Notes: generated by a model from the sequence alone, not told the origin. Numbered from the whole stretch's first letter, positions 14,372-28,500 are shown. The stretch: 60,862 bases of DNA, filler included, from Jimgerdemannia flammicorona (GCA_003990765.1; 3 parts of 3 records of this genome joined end to end with filler, not necessarily neighbours in it), one strand, 5' to 3'. Made by a program: numbers and translations.

Positions 14372-17300
14372 TCACCATCTCTCTCTGGTACTACTTGGGT
14401 TATATAACCTTTGGAAAGTAACTACAATATCATTTTTGGAGAAAAGAGACTAGCAACAAGGCAACTGACAGACAATCTGAGGTACATACTGAGCAGAGTG
14501 GCCCAAGTGCATTCAACTGGCAGCAGGTGGGAAGAGGCTCTGGCCTGGGGGGAGGTATGAGGGGGCTGCTGGCAGATGAATGCAGAAGGAGAGGAGGCAG
14601 TAGTGGAGGACAGAGATCTAGGAGGGTGAGCTTTGCTGAGATGGTGAAGGGGAGAAGGCAGATATTGGGGCTGGAGGATTGGCTAAGGAAGAGCAAGGAA
14701 ACAGAGAAGATAGCAGTACAGGGGGGAGTAGCCCTTGGCAGGGGGGGTGGTAGGGCTGGAGGTGTAGTGGCTGGGGGGGTGTGACAGCTGATAGAGACAG
14801 GACTGCTAATCTGGAAAAAAATCCAGATATGACTGTGGATGGTATAGCTGAGTGACTGGGGCTTAGAAGACAAGGAGATTTGGCAGATGGTGTGACAGAC
14901 CTGGCGGTAGTGCCATTACTCAAGAAATTGATCTCAGCATTCATAGTGACACTGTGCTTCTAGGGTCTAGTAGTGATAGTGAAAATGGTGCTGGGGCTGA
15001 TTGCTAAGCAGATGGCTGGAGCAGTGTCTGTAAAGTTTTTGAAGGAACTGGAGGGAGTGGAGGTGGGCTTTGAGGAGACTGAGCCCTTAGAGGAGGCACT
15101 GAAGATTAGATTGATTGTTGGGGAGGTATATGTTCCAATAGCACACTACCTGAAATGGGATCCCAGGATGGTCCAATTGCTGGTAAAAGGGGTGCCCATA
15201 GTGATGGCAGTGGAGACTAGAAGGAGAGTCAAGGAGGTCATGGCAGAGTATGAAGAGGTGGTGGATATTGGATTCAGAGTCTGGGAGGGGACCTTGCTTA
15301 GGACTGGGGATGTAGATGTGAGGATTCAGCTGGTAGAGAAAGAAGCCACTGGGAAGACAAGGAACTAGTCTTCCAGAATAGTCTGGGGGGTGATCTTGTG
15401 TAAGATGATGAGGGTAAAGGGGAGTGAGGAGGAGGAAGAGGACTTATTGGAAGCATTGGAAGAGTTGAGTGGTGTGGTAGAGTGGTAGATGAAGGCTTGG
15501 AAGGTCTTTGAGGAGACAATGCACTTGAAGGTAGTAGATGGGAGGCAGATTCAAGTGAACAAGGAGTAGTGGAAATGAGATCAGAGATGTAAGAGACAGA
15601 AGGAACTGCTGGCAAAGATGGCAGACAGGTCTCCAAAGGATATGAGTGAAATGGTGGACATGGGGGGGGCCAAAGCAAGTGTTTGGGCAGGCAAGAGTAG
15701 TAGGAGTGCTGGGAAGAGAATTGGCGAGAACAGGGAGGCAACTGGTAATGATCCATATGCTGATGGTATGCTAGAGGTTTGGGAGGAGGCATGAGAGGAC
15801 TCTTCTACCCCTACTTCCCTTATCAGGTGAGGACCAGCTTCCTGAAGCAGAGTGGTAGAGGATGTGTCAATGCAGGGGGCCCAGCAAGTGCAATTTGGAG
15901 TTCCAGAGGTGGCAAAAGGGGGACAAGTGGTGGCAGCTGGTGAGGAGAAATTGGTGAATGTCTCAGAGGAGTGGGATGAGGCTGTGAGTGCTGGGGCTGA
16001 CACCACAATACTGGATGGCAGGAGGCTGGTGATCCTTGGAGGAAAGAAGATGGGGAACCTACTTTAGATATACAGGATGATGAACAATCTGGTGGCCAAG
16101 GAGCTGGGAGAGGTGGATTTGAGGGTAATGAGTAATGAGCATTGGGTACAGATCCTGCAGAGAGATGGGGTGGTGATGGCATTGAAGGTGGAAATTCTTG
16201 CAGTATATCTAGAGGAGGAAGGCTATGAGGTAGATAAGGAGCAGGAGGTAGAGATGGCAAGAGTCACTGGAGAGAGGGCTGAATACTGCTGGACCAAGCA
16301 TCATAGATTGTAGCTCTGGCAGGAAGTCTGTCTGGAGTACTAAGAGGAATTCAAGAAGAAGACAGATGGGGAGATGAATGAGCTGTTGGCTGGATTGGAG
16401 GCTCAGAGGGCTGAAGAGGAGATAGTGACTACAGAATATAATCTGGACTTGGTGCAGGAAGAGATGAATATGGAGCAGTAGGGAAAGACTTGATAACATA
16501 CTATTCTTTATTATGAATAGTACAACTAATATTTTTTCTTTGAATGTGAATGGGTTATAGGGTACTTATTAACATAAGAACATTTTTACTTGGCTGAAGG
16601 GATTGGAGGCCAATCTCTTCCTCTTGCAGGATTTCAGGTGTAAGGATGATTTGGATAGACTGAAATAGACAAAGGAATGGAAAGATGAGACAATTTGGAA
16701 GAGCAAGGTTGGGATTCTGGTATGGAAAGGCAGAGGAGAGATAAGAGATATGCAGAGCTGGGGGATAGATTGGTATAGGGAGAGTAGATACATATAGGTT
16801 GGAAGCCAGTCATAGTGGGCTCCTGTTACTGCCCTGCAGTATGGTGAGTGCATGGATTGGGTGAAGGACCTATAAGAGAGTGGAATTCTTGTGGATATTG
16901 GGGTGGATATGCTCAGTGGAAACTTCAATATAGTCTAGAATGTATTGATGGATAGAACTGATGGAGGATGGAGAGCTGAGGGTCAGAGTGGAGGACTGGC
17001 AGTATGGGAGGAAGTGGAAAGACTGAGTGCTCTAGTGGATGTAGGTAGAGAGTGTTGGGGGGATAGGAGGGTATATATACATTGGGCTGGGGGTCTGGAG
17101 ATGAGAATTGATTGGATTTTGACAGCCAGCTGCTGGGGCTTGGATGTTTGGAAGTCACTAGAGATAGAATGGTATCCTTGGTTGGATCATTGGAAGCTTT
17201 TAGGGCAGGGACATTTTGGGGGAAGTGGGGATGGACCTGGACATTAGTGTCTCAACTTCTCCTTATTAGATGATAAGATCTGGTGAGATGAGTGGGCTGA

Positions 17301-20225
17301 AGACATTTAACTGAGAGTGAAGTGCTGGAGGCAGGAAGGTGCCCCAGTTGATATTCAGTAGATGAGAATAAAGAAGATGGCCAGGACTTACTGGAGTGAG
17401 GCTGGTAAGGAGGCTGGGAAACAGAGGAGGTGATGGGTGTAATGGGCTTCTAGTTGACTGTCTAGACTCTTGGAGGACTGGGTGAGACTGGGGACATTGG
17501 AGGGAAAGGAGGATTGGAGATTGATAAGGGCAAAAATAGAGATTGATGAATTACAACAGGTGTTGTGGAAAGATGAAGAGGCAAGAGTACAGAGTCTGAT
17601 AGTGCAGCTTCATTGGTAGGGATTGGAAGAAGGGAAGAGACCCTCTAAGCTTCTCATGAAAACCCTTCAGGCAAGAAGGGTGCAACAAAGGTGGAAGGGG
17701 GTGCTTAATATTGGTACATGGTATATAAGACATTCTTAGATCATTAAAGAAGTGTTGAAATAGATTGTAGAGTGAGGAGGAGGGTGGGGCAGATGCTGAA
17801 GCCATTGACCAAGCATTGGAGGATTGGTAACCTATATGAGTAGATGAGCTGAGTGACTTAGTGCAGCCAGTACAAGAGGAGGAGATCTACCAGATTCTTG
17901 CTGTGACAATACTGGGTATGGCATCTGGGGAGGATGGTCTGCCCTGGAACTTCTGGAAGAAGATAGTGGGAGTTCCAGGAGTACTGGGTGAGATGATGGC
18001 ACTGTATGATTGGATTCTATAGATGGGGAGATGGGTGGGGGAACAGGATCTGGGGCTGGTGGCACTGCTTTACAAGAATAAAGGAAAGTGAGAGGACTGG
18101 AAGAACTGGAGGCCGATTATGTTGCTGGATATGGACAGGAAGTTGGTTACCAAGGTGGTGGTCACAAGGCTGCAAAAGGTGGCCCAGCAAGTCTTGGGTG
18201 ATAAGCAGAGGGGCTTTGTAGGAGGCTGGCTCATTAGGGATGGCACAGTCTGGGTTCATGGAGTTATTGAAGGGGCACAAACCAGTGGACTGGATGGGCA
18301 ACTGGTCTTTCTGGACCAGGAGAAGGCCTATGACTGGGTGTGATGGGTCTGGCTGGTAAAAGTATTGGATAGAATTGGGGTCCTGCACTAGTTCAGATTA
18401 GTTATGGTTGGCCTACTGAAAGGAAGTAGGGCTGTGCTCATGTGCAATAGACACAGAGGGGTAGTGTTTCCCCTGGGTAGGGGGGTACCCCAGGGGGACC
18501 CACTGTCCCCCATTTTGTATACTCTTTCCCTGGAGCTCTTCATAGACAGAATCAGGCAGAAGATAGTGGGGCTCTCTATCTTTGGCATTGGGTGGAAAGT
18601 AGGGGCCTTTGCAGATAACATAGTGGTTGGCCTGGGATCAATTGCAGATGTTGAGAAGCTCAAGATAGCAGTGAAGTAGTATGAGGAGAACTCAGAGGAT
18701 AAGCTTAATTGGCATAAGTATGAAACAATAGTATTAGGCAATAGTCTGGTGGGAGGGGAGATTATTGGAACCATTGTCTCTGCTGGTGAGATGGTGCAGT
18801 ACTTGGGTATTTATCTATCAGTATATAGGTCAGTTTTACCCAGACTTTGGTGAGAATAGCAGGTTGGAATCTGGGAGGAGGCCCTGCAGAGTTGGGGGGG
18901 TCACCAATTATCTCTGGCAGAGCGTGTTTCAATTCTGAACATCTATTGGCTGCCAAAGTTGTGGTATCTGACTTATTATCTAGACTTCTCAGCTTGGGTG
19001 GTGAAGTGATTGATGAAACTGGCCAAGAGGTAGATCTGGGCTGAAAGATAGAGTCAGATCAGCTGGGAGATCTTGTTCTTACTGGTGGCAAGTGGTGGAC
19101 TTGGGCTGGTTGACTTTCCTAAGAGGCTGTACTGCTTGAGAGTATGGTGGCTGAAGAAAGTGGTAGAGTTGAGAGGGGGAGATTGGATCTCCCTATTGCA
19201 AAAAGTCTGGGAGATGAGGTCCTCACCTAAAGGTTCAACTGGCAATCTCCTAGCATTTTTTGGCCTTTAGAGCACTGAACAATTGCAATACAAAGGCTTC
19301 TGATGGGGGGTGGTAGAGGGGGTGTACTGCATTGAAATTTAGTAGCAGGGAAATAAAGGGGAGGCAGCTTGGGACCTGGCAATGTAGAGATGAGATTGAG
19401 TATTGCTGGGTGACATTTCCTTAATTGAGTTTGACATTAGTGATGGGATTGAATGCCAATGGGGACCAGGCCAGAATCTGTAGTCTAGCAGTTGACAAGG
19501 AGTAGGTATTAGTGAGAAGTGGGACTGATATAGCATTTGGGCCTGGAGTGCTGAGGTGAGGAGGTGGATGCTGCCAAAGTACTGGGTGGTCTGGTGATAT
19601 ATGTTGAGATGGAATGTCATGCTCAACTTCTGCTCAGATCACCTTATTGAGGGAGGTTACTTCGACTGTGAAGAGTGTTATAATGTAGGGCAGGAAGGGA
19701 GATATGTGTAGATGTCTGAACATTGGCTAGAAGAGTATGAGGTACTTAGTACCTTTTGGCAGAATGTCAGAGATTATTTGGGGGCAGTGGGTGGGGGAGC
19801 TGGTATGCAGGGGTGGTGGGAGGATTTGAGGGATAGATTGGTGGGGGGGGGGTGGAGAAGGAATGGCTTACATTAGGCTGGGCTTTGGCCATTTGAGTGG
19901 GGCTGGCCAGTTACTGGTTATTTGTTTTTGAGGATGGGAGAAGACTAGGCTTAGAGGTTAGGCTGCTGTGGTGGTGTAGTCTTATGGAAGACACCTTGAC
20001 AGGCTGGTGGCTTGGTTGGGGATTGCAGGGTGGTCAAAGATGTCATTTGGTGGAGAAGATCTGTAGGCAGAGTGGGAGGAGAGTTGGAGTCATAGGTGAG
20101 AGAGTGGTCTTTATTTGTGAGAGTGTGGGGAGTGCCCCCCCTATGGGGATCAGATAGTGGGAGGATATACTGTAAACTTATTAATAGACTGGTAATAAAT
20201 GGTAGAGTCTAAGTGACTATAAAAA
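14372..20225 (+). mobile_element. Full-length decayed L1/Tx1-like LINE C2 (ORF1 stop 16479-16481; ORF2 ~16513-20157; A-tail running into the gap)
   Basis: APE motifs; RT motifs NWRPIMLLDMDRKLVTK, FLDQEKAYD, GVPQGDPLSP, AFADN; GGLGLVD; C-terminal CEEC..HW zinc motif; AATAAA and terminal A run. Confidence 0.92.
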
Positions 20226-20325
20226 NNNNNNNNNNNNNNNNNNNNNNNNNNNNNNNNNNNNNNNNNNNNTTAATTAATTAANNNNNNNNNNNNNNNNNNN
20301 NNNNNNNNNNNNNNNNNNNNNNNNN
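20226..20325. other. Scaffold gap containing the artificial linker TTAATTAATTAA (20270-20281)
   Basis: 44 N + linker + 44 N; the same construct occurs at 40545-40644. Confidence 0.95.
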
Positions 20326-21484
20326 AAAAAAAAGAGAGTTCAGCTTGGTGTATAAGATGGTAGGCAGAGAAAACATGCCAGTGTTTGCAGCCCCTCATCA
20401 GTCCAAGTGGGGTGGGCATTGGCAGAGGAAGTATACAAAATTTGTAGCCCTCTACTAGTGGTAAGGAGTGACCCCAAACTGCAAATTAGTATTGAAGTCT
20501 AAGTCAGAGAGAGTATGCAGAATTTTCAGTTCTCTGTCAGTAAGGGGCAGCCCTAAGCTACAAGTTAGTATGAGAGTCTGGGTTGGAGGGTACATGCAGA
20601 ATTTGCAGTCCAATAACCCACTACAAGAAGTAACTTCAAGCAGTCAGATGCTAGTACAGATTAGACTCTGGTGCAGATTCAGGCCCCATGGACACCCTGG
20701 CTCTGTACTGTAGTGCTGCACTAGTGGCACTATAAAGCAGGGCCAAGGGGTCAGTAGAGCCCAGCAAAAAGCTGAAAACTAGTACTACAAAACAAGGAGA
20801 CATCTGACTATTTAACTTTTACAAAAGACTACCTAATCTTCACAAAAGACTATCTAGTCTAACTGCCCACCCACTAGTCCCAGGCCTTGATGAGCCTATC
20901 ATCTATTGTGAGTACAATAAATATAGTGTCTGAGCTCTCCTCAAAGATAATGGTGCTGTAGAGGTTATGTAGTTAGAATAGGATGACTGTGGTGGCTATA
21001 AACAGAACCCTGAAACTATAAGTGAGGTCATATCAGATGCTACCACTATCTTCTCAAGTTGGGCCCTTCTTTTCTAGAATATAAAATATTACCAAAGTGA
21101 CATTATTGTCTATGTGTATGGATAAAGAAATATTGTGTCTGACAGACCTCAATGTAATGTGAGCATATGATTAAGTGAACTCTTGGTCCAGGACCTCTTA
21201 TTACCAGACAGTACTGAAGGATACCTGCTTTTTATCCAGCCCAGGGAGCCCTGGCTTGGAAACCTACCAAAATGGACAATATCTGATCAAATCCTTTCTT
21301 TTTATATAGAGAGAACAGAAACCCTTGAACTGTACCAAAAAAAATATCAAGCTTCACACCTCATATAGTATGCTAAATTGCATGAAAATGTACAAACAAC
21401 TATACCAAGAGCACCACTAAGCTGGTCTGCTGTTCAGTTAAGCAATCTGCTCAAAGAATCTCAGATCATAGTCATCATTACTAT
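20326..21484. other. Unassigned CpG-free repeat relic (target of solo LTR D1)
   Basis: CpG absent; short direct duplication near 20820-20860; no recognised domain. Confidence 0.35.
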
Positions 21485-22888
21485 TGTGACAAACCAAAAC
21501 ATACCACCCAAATTATAACTTAACCAGATGATATAAACACATAGTATAGTAACCAGTAACCATTGCTGCAGAAAACTGTATAAATAGCCAGACTATCAGA
21601 TAAGGTATACCTGTATAAGATCTGCACACCTATGCAAGACCTGCACACCTATACAAGACCTGCACACCCATGCAAGACTTGCATACTTACCATAGATAGC
21701 AATCTATAATTAGCAATATAGTAATCAGATAGCAACCACAACTATATAAAATACCCCAGAGACAAGAGTGAATAAACCTCAGTCTGAAATACAAATACCA
21801 AAGAAGCCTCTAAAGATTGAGCATCGGTCCCCTTTCCACTCTTGTCTACTTTTCAATACAAAGCTGAAGATTTGCCATCAAGTTTGAGGAAGAACTTCAC
21901 TGCCTTTTGAAGAGAAACCCACTGCTTAAGGAATAAGTCACCCTATTGGTTCACTTGCCAGATAAGCCTGAAGAATCTGAGTTTGCTGCCATGTTCAAGT
22001 GAAGGACTTCACTGCTGTTTCCAAGTTATTTGCATTTTTAGAAGTCTAAGAGAAAGCTACCTTACTCAAGCCAGTTTCTGATGCAACTTCACAGTGAATC
22101 TATTCATGCAAACAAAGCCAGTCTTTGATGCAACTTTGCCAAAAGACTCTTTTCCAAAAGCTGCCTGTTTTATTTCCTAGTTGAAGCCACCGATTCAGAA
22201 AGAATCCATACCATCTAAGTTATTTCCCAGAAGCCCACTGATTTAAGAAGAATCTGCACTACCCAAGTAGTATTCCCAGAGAGTGTGCTGATTCAGAAAG
22301 AATCCATAATATCTGAGTTATTCATTGTTCCTAGTGAGCCCAAGTTATTGAGTAACCTACAATCAGTACAATTCTCAGTAAGAAGAATCTATACTATCTT
22401 CTATTTCCAAACTGCCAATTCAGGAGAATTCATGCCAAACCAAGTCATCTGCCAAAACTGCATAAGGAAACTGCCAATTACCAGATCCTACTGTATAAGG
22501 AACCCTTTTGTACTATACAGAGATCACTATACAGAAATTGCATACTTTTGGAGATCACCACCCAAGAAGAAGAACTACTAAATTACTAGACCATTACACA
22601 CAGAGATCTTCATGCTATATATGAAATTCTATTAATTCCCAGATTGACCCAAGAAGGAAACTCATTCATACACAAATCACTGCTATACTCAGAGAATTGT
22701 CCAAATTAGAAAATTGACATACAAATCACTCACAGATATCCAGCTTTGACTATTATATCACTAAACACTAACAAGGACCTCAGGAATCTTAGAATATTTG
22801 TTGCTTTTAACAAAGTAACTGGGGCTCAAGCCAAACTACATCAACTTCCAACCTTGTAATTTGCCTCTATTGAGCCCAGCACATTATA
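21485..22888 (+). mobile_element. Solo LTR, family D (D1, 1404 bp), 4-bp TSD CTAT
   Basis: Starts TGTGAC and ends ATTATA (decayed ATTACA); CTAT on both sides; TATA-like TATATAAAA near 21743 and AATAAA at 21771; homologous to the reverse complement of 31902-33226. Confidence 0.85.
21609..21684 (+). repeat. 19-bp tandem repeat x4 in the U3 region of D1
   Basis: acctgtataagatctgcac / acctatgcaagacctgcac / acctatacaagacctgcac / acccatgcaagacttgcat. Confidence 0.85.
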
Positions 22889-22919
22889 CTATACAGACTA
22901 TATCATGCTCATACATAGC

Positions 22920-23245
22920 TAGTACTCTCAAACAAATCAAATCAATTTGAATTAAATCAAATTGAGAGTCATTTGAATTGAATTAAATTGGGGTTTTTTT
23001 TATTTGAATCAAGTTTAAATCAAATTGAATCCAAATTGAATTGAGGATCCAATTTGAACCCTATTTTTAGAAATGTAATAACTTGATGAAAACATATCCA
23101 AAATTAATAAACTTTAGCCTGTTAGATTCCTCTTATATAGGGGAATCTATTAAGCAAAACATTATTAAATTTGGACATAACTTTATCAAGTTATTACATT
23201 TCAAAAAATAGAGTTTGAAGTAAATCTCAAATTGAATTGGACCTT
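22920..23245. repeat. Pentamer-repeat tract plus ~210-bp imperfect palindrome (23030-23241); probable DNA-transposon or foldback end
   Basis: The arms pair directly (ctatttttagaaatgtaataacttgat / atcaagttattacatttcaaaaaatag; tagattcc..ggaatcta), centre ~23136; mixed AATCA/AATTG units. Confidence 0.7.
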
Positions 23246-24628
23246 TTATTTAATTTGTTGGGAGTACTAATAAGTAGAGAATCATTTTTAGTAAGCTATT
23301 ATATATATATTATATGGTATCTGATTCAATATATAAGCCATATATTATTATTATCAGCTGTAATGATATATACTTTACTTATATTATTGCTTTTTACTGG
23401 CCTGAACATTATGGCTTAGGCATTGTCTTTTCCAGATACTTGGTATATATTGCTTATATATAGAATATACCTTCATCTTAATTATTGTCAATTTCAGAAG
23501 TATTTGTATTATATTGCTCTTTGCCAACACATTTTTTTCTATGACTCCTATGCTATTAATACTGACTTTCATGCTTATTTTTATTATTCTTCTTATTTTT
23601 ATAATAGTAATCATTTTGTATATATCCATACTTACTATTATAACAGTAGTTTCTATTGAACTTAATAGACTCAAATTTTTTATCTTATTGATATTTCTTG
23701 CCTCATTGGTATAATCTGTAGAATATTTTCTCATCATCATTATTATCAAAGTTTTTTTGATATATCTCTTCATTGATAAGACTAATTGTTACATGAATAT
23801 AGTCTATAAGTTTCCCACTCTTATATATAGCTGTCATGATAATATTGAACACTTTAGGAAGATCTCTTATAAAGATAAGAACTTTGTCTTTATTACTGAT
23901 ATACACTACTAATATACTTAGGGAATTTACTTAAGTCACTAGATCATTAATATGTATAATTAGTATATTTGTAGACACTCTCTTTAAATTTCATTTATAG
24001 ATTGAATAGCTGAGATTTCAGACAGAATTGATTAAATGAGAATGCTTACATATGATAAATATATAGAGTCTCTCACATATTATGTACTGTTATACTATAT
24101 ATTATAAGCTTTATTTACTGATTTGATTATATAAAGATAATCTCTCATAATGGTTAGTAAGTATTTATAGCATTATAATTTTGAATCTATATCTACAGTT
24201 TTATATACTCTGCTAAGCCATACTCTTCTAGAAAATTGCTTATATTGAATACTCAAATAATATAATCCTTACTATTAAAGATAGAAATCAACTTCTTGAC
24301 TATATTTATATTTACTATAGAGGCTATAACTATTATATCTATTCTGAAGATATCTATGCCTACTGTGACTAGTGTTCTTATACTAGCTCTTTAATTTATT
24401 GATACTGATATCTTGATATAGAGTAGTATACAGTCTTAGAGAGGTGTTTCTTATTAGCTACTAAGCAGGGCTTATAATCTTTATTGTATCTAAGTTGGAA
24501 ATATAGAGGAAGGAGCTATGTTTATTATTGCAGATAGTATGAATTTATATGTTGAGTAATATAGCTCAAAGATAAATTAGTTATATAAGCCACATTATTG
24601 AGATATTAAATAATAGAAATTTCAATAG
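23246..24628. other. Highly eroded AT-rich relic, left flank of element A2
   Basis: TpA-rich, CpG-free; ORFs here are compositional artefacts. Confidence 0.35.
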
Positions 24629-25083
24629 TATAACATAGCAGATGCTTACTCTTGAAAGTACATCAGATTTCTATATCTTGAATACTTGATCTTTTTGACT
24701 CCTCAGAGTTCTTGGGATGCAGGGGTAGATGAGTTCGAAGTGTATCTGCTCATAGGCTTACTAGTTCCTTTGCTATCTCTTTGCTTTTGAACTATTTCAA
24801 TCTGAGGTTTATTTACTCTAAGATACTGGGTTATTCATACAAGTCTTGCTAGCTATAAGGTGGTTAAGTAATGGCTCATTCTGCAAGTATTGAATCTTTT
24901 AACATCTGCTAAGATTTCACTAATTGTGAAGATTCTAACATCTCCAAATGTTAAAGTTTCTGCACTTTGTAGAATATGGCTGCTATTTTATGAGGCTAAG
25001 CTATATTGGGAATTAGATTCAGATATTGGAATAAAATGTCTAATTTTCCTGTTTCATGTTACTAATTCAGATCAGCCATCACA
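24629..25083 (-). repeat. 3' LTR of A2
   Basis: Direct repeat of 30865-31330; begins TGTGA on the minus strand right after the PPT. Confidence 0.92.
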
Positions 25084-25489
25084 TCTTCCTTCTGAATAGG
25101 TGATTTGTCTCAGGAGTATCCTATTCACTTGAATTTCCAGGCTTCTATGATTGTATTTCCTTATACTGTGCGATTTGTATCATTACATTCTTCCAATGTT
25201 ATCTCTTGATATATCCAAAGTCTTCTGGGGTTACTCTTCAGAAATGGGCTAAGGCTAACTTGTTGTCTTTGAATAACTTATACACTCTTTTTGCAATTGT
25301 GACCTGAGTGTAGGAGAGCTGATATTCTCTGATCCAGTCTTCTTTTCCCATCTTTGGTTTTGAATTCAGTAGCTGTCTCAACTTGAAGTATTCCTGGTAC
25401 TCGATTTGGTTCTAGTAGGCCTTGAAATGTGAGATTTGTGACAGGTGTGTTTGCACTATACTTTGGATGCTGTCAAAGGATTCTTCCAT
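25079..25489 (-). pseudogene. Extra ~136-codon ORF between integrase and the 3' LTR of A2, function unknown
   Basis: MEESFDSIQSIVQTHLSQ..EYFKLRQLL..TIAKRVYKLFKDNKLALAHF*RVTPEDFGYIK..; the internal stops are all explicable as C-to-T changes of Gln/Arg codons. Confidence 0.55.
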
Positions 25490-25579
25490 TATTGGTGGCT
25501 CAGTAGAACACCACTATCTTTCTATGGCTTGCTGGGCAGCACTAGTAATTCTGAGGGCAGTAGTATTACTTCTGACTAG

Positions 25580-28500
25580 TCATAATTCTTCTTGAGTCAG
25601 TTTCAGTAGATGGTAGTGGGGATGATTGTGCCTGAGAGTTTTTGTAGCCAAAAGGTGGTCCCTTTTATATTTTGCACAAGGTAAGGTCCTTCCTACTTGG
25701 GCTCCAGTTTTCATGATCATTTGGCTTCTACTATATTCTGATATACCAGAACTTTGTCTCCTATCTTGATAATCTCCAGAGGTTTGTGGGTCTTTTCTGC
25801 ATTCTTCCATTGTAGTACCTGTGACTTTGTTATATAATCCTCAGCCTTCTTCCTGATTTGGTGTAGTCTCCATATTTCTCCATTCACATGTTTCCATATA
25901 GTATCTCTATTGGATAATAGGGTTTCTCAGGAACTTTCTTCTCTGAACAGTATTTCTCAAGAGGTAAAGTGGGTACTTTGTGATCTGATATTCCAGAGAG
26001 CAGATAATACTATTGGCAGATAGTGATACCAGTTTTCATAGTTATCACAGATCTTAGTAATAATATTCTTGAGGGTCTTATTAGTCCTTTCTGCTAGTTC
26101 ATTTACTTGAGGGTGATAGGCTGTGGTCTAAATGTGCTGGATCTTATACTTCTTATAGAGAACCTTGAAGTACTGGTTCACAAATTCTGTTCCTCTATCT
26201 GTAGTTACTTGTGTTGGGGTCTTGAACTGGCAGATTATTTCTTTGTGGAAGAAATTGGTGATTGACTGTGCATTGGCTTGCTTGAGAGGTCCTGCTTCTA
26301 TCCATTTTGTAAAAAGGTCTACGATAACAATGATATATTAGTTGCTAGTCAAGATCAAGGGTAGAAGGCTAATTACATCCATTGCTATGTGGGTGAATGA
26401 TACTGGTTCTATGTGTGCTGATCCTGGGGCTTGGTTTCGTTGGTCTTGTTTCTGTTTCTGGCATTTGTCACAGGTTTTGAAAAATTGTCTGATATCTTCC
26501 TCTATTCCTGGCCACCATATCATTCATCTTGCCTTGTCGTATGTATTCATTCCTCCTAGATGACCAAGTTCATTTACTGAATTCATTGCTTGCTCCTTCT
26601 TGTATTCTGGTATGACTAGTAGTTTTCCTTTCTTCAGTATTTCTCCATCAGTTTCGAATTGTTTCCATGTTCTGTTGATAATCATTTGTATCCATTCCTC
26701 CAGATGTTGGGGCATCTTTCACTGTCCCAGATATGTGATGATTCCATAGTAGAGCTCTTTATTCATATTTGATTTATTGGTTGGAGGTGTTTTGAAGTGT
26801 CTGTGAGAGAGCATCTGCATTGGAATTTGTTCTTCCAGGGCAGTGTACAATGGTTACATCATAGGCTTGTAACTTCATTATCCATCTGGTGTAGATTCCT
26901 TTGGATGGTCCAGTTGTCAGTAGCCAGGTGAGAGCTGAGTGGTCCATCTGAATGGTGAAGTGTCTTCCAGTCAGATAGTAGTGGAATGTTTCCACAGCCC
27001 AGATGACTGCAAGGTATTCTAACTTGTAGGATTCATATTCTTTTTCAGCTCCTTGGGTTCTGTGGCTAAGGTATGCAATGACATACTCTTTTTTGTCTTT
27101 CTTTTGAGCTAGGACCACTCCTAGTCCCTGTGCACTTGCATCTATCTAAAGGATAAACTCTTGAGTCCAATTGGGTCATCTGAGGATGGGTATCTGGGTC
27201 AGTCTGTCCTTGAGTTCATTAAATGCTTTTTGTTGTCTGCCAGTCCACTGGAACTTGGTGTCCTTCTTGTTGAGTTTGTAGATTAGACCTGCAATGTTGG
27301 AGAATCCTCTAATAAATCTATGATAGTAGGAGGACAGTCCCATGAAGGCTTGGGCTTCTATAACAGTGGTGGGCCTTGGGTATGCTGCTACTGCTTGTAT
27401 CTTGAGGGGGTCTGTGTATGTTCCATCTCGATTGATAATATGGCCAAGATAGGAGATCTCGATTTATGCAAATTTGCATTTCTTGGACTTGATGTACAGA
27501 CCATACTTTCTTAGTCTTTTCATTATCTGCTGTATGTGCTGCAGATGTTCCTCAGGTGTCTTGCTGTAGATAATTATATTGTCAACATAAACCATCATCT
27601 ATCTTCCCATGTCATAGTGGAAGATTTTGTTCATCATTCACTGGAAGCTTGCTGGTGCATTGTACATCCTGAATGGCATTTGTAGGTAGATGTAGGTTCC
27701 ATCTGAGGTGATGAAGGCTGACTTTTCACTTGCCATTTCTGTGAGTCCGATTTGGTGGAATTCTGAGTATAAGTCTAAGGTGCTGTAGTATTATACTTCG
27801 TCTCCCAGTGTTATAAGGATGTCACTGATGAGGGGAAGTGGTTGGCAATCCTTCTTGGTAACTGCATTGAGCTTGCTGTAGTCAACACAGAGTCTTGGGG
27901 TGAATTCTCCAGGCTTGCTTCCTTTTTTCAGAGCTAGTACAACTGGTGAAGACCAGGGGCTGCTGGCTTCTTTGATAATACCGACTTCTTCCATCTGCTT
28001 GATTTCTTCTCTGAGCCATTCTCAGTAGGCTGGCGGAACAGGTCTTGCCTTTTGGTAAATTGGTTTGGTGTCTCCAGTATCTACCTCATGATAGTAGTGT
28101 GGAGTCTTTCCTTTGATATCCTTGAAATCCATCACAAGGACATCCTCAAATTCATGGAGTATTTTCTTGAGTTCCTCCTTAAGTAGAAATTTATTTCCAA
28201 TAGTGTAACGGTGCTTATTTGTGGTTTTCTCCTTCTTATGCTCCAGTTCAGTGATCTTGGTACTGGCAGATACTCCTCTTTCTGTAGATCTGAATTCTTT
28301 CTTTCCTCTTTTCATTTCCTCCAAATTCTTGACTTCTATGATCCTTGGTTGTAGGATCAGAAAGATCAACATCTGTGCCAATCAGTCCTTCTTCTTGACT
28401 AGGAATGGGATTGTAGGATTGTGATTCCTAGTAATGAGCAGGATTTCTCCAGTATAGTCAGAATCAATGACTTCTCCTTCAATAGTAATTTTGCTTCTGG

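Noticed and set aside
11578..19626. Many Pro/Ser/Leu-rich minus-strand ORFs
   Set aside because: Antisense shadows of the G-rich LINE strand.
20270..20281. Palindromic TTAATTAATTAA, repeated at 40589-40600
   Set aside because: It sits symmetrically inside N runs and gives stops in all six frames; a scaffolding linker, not biology.
21609..21684. Short direct repeats (also 33024-33091) as a possible CRISPR array
   Set aside because: Contiguous tandem units with no spacers, inside LTRs, in a eukaryotic context with no cas genes.
23237..23906. Hydrophobic Ile/Leu/Phe-rich ORFs resembling membrane or mitochondrial proteins
   Set aside because: Explained by extreme AT content; no recognisable motif.
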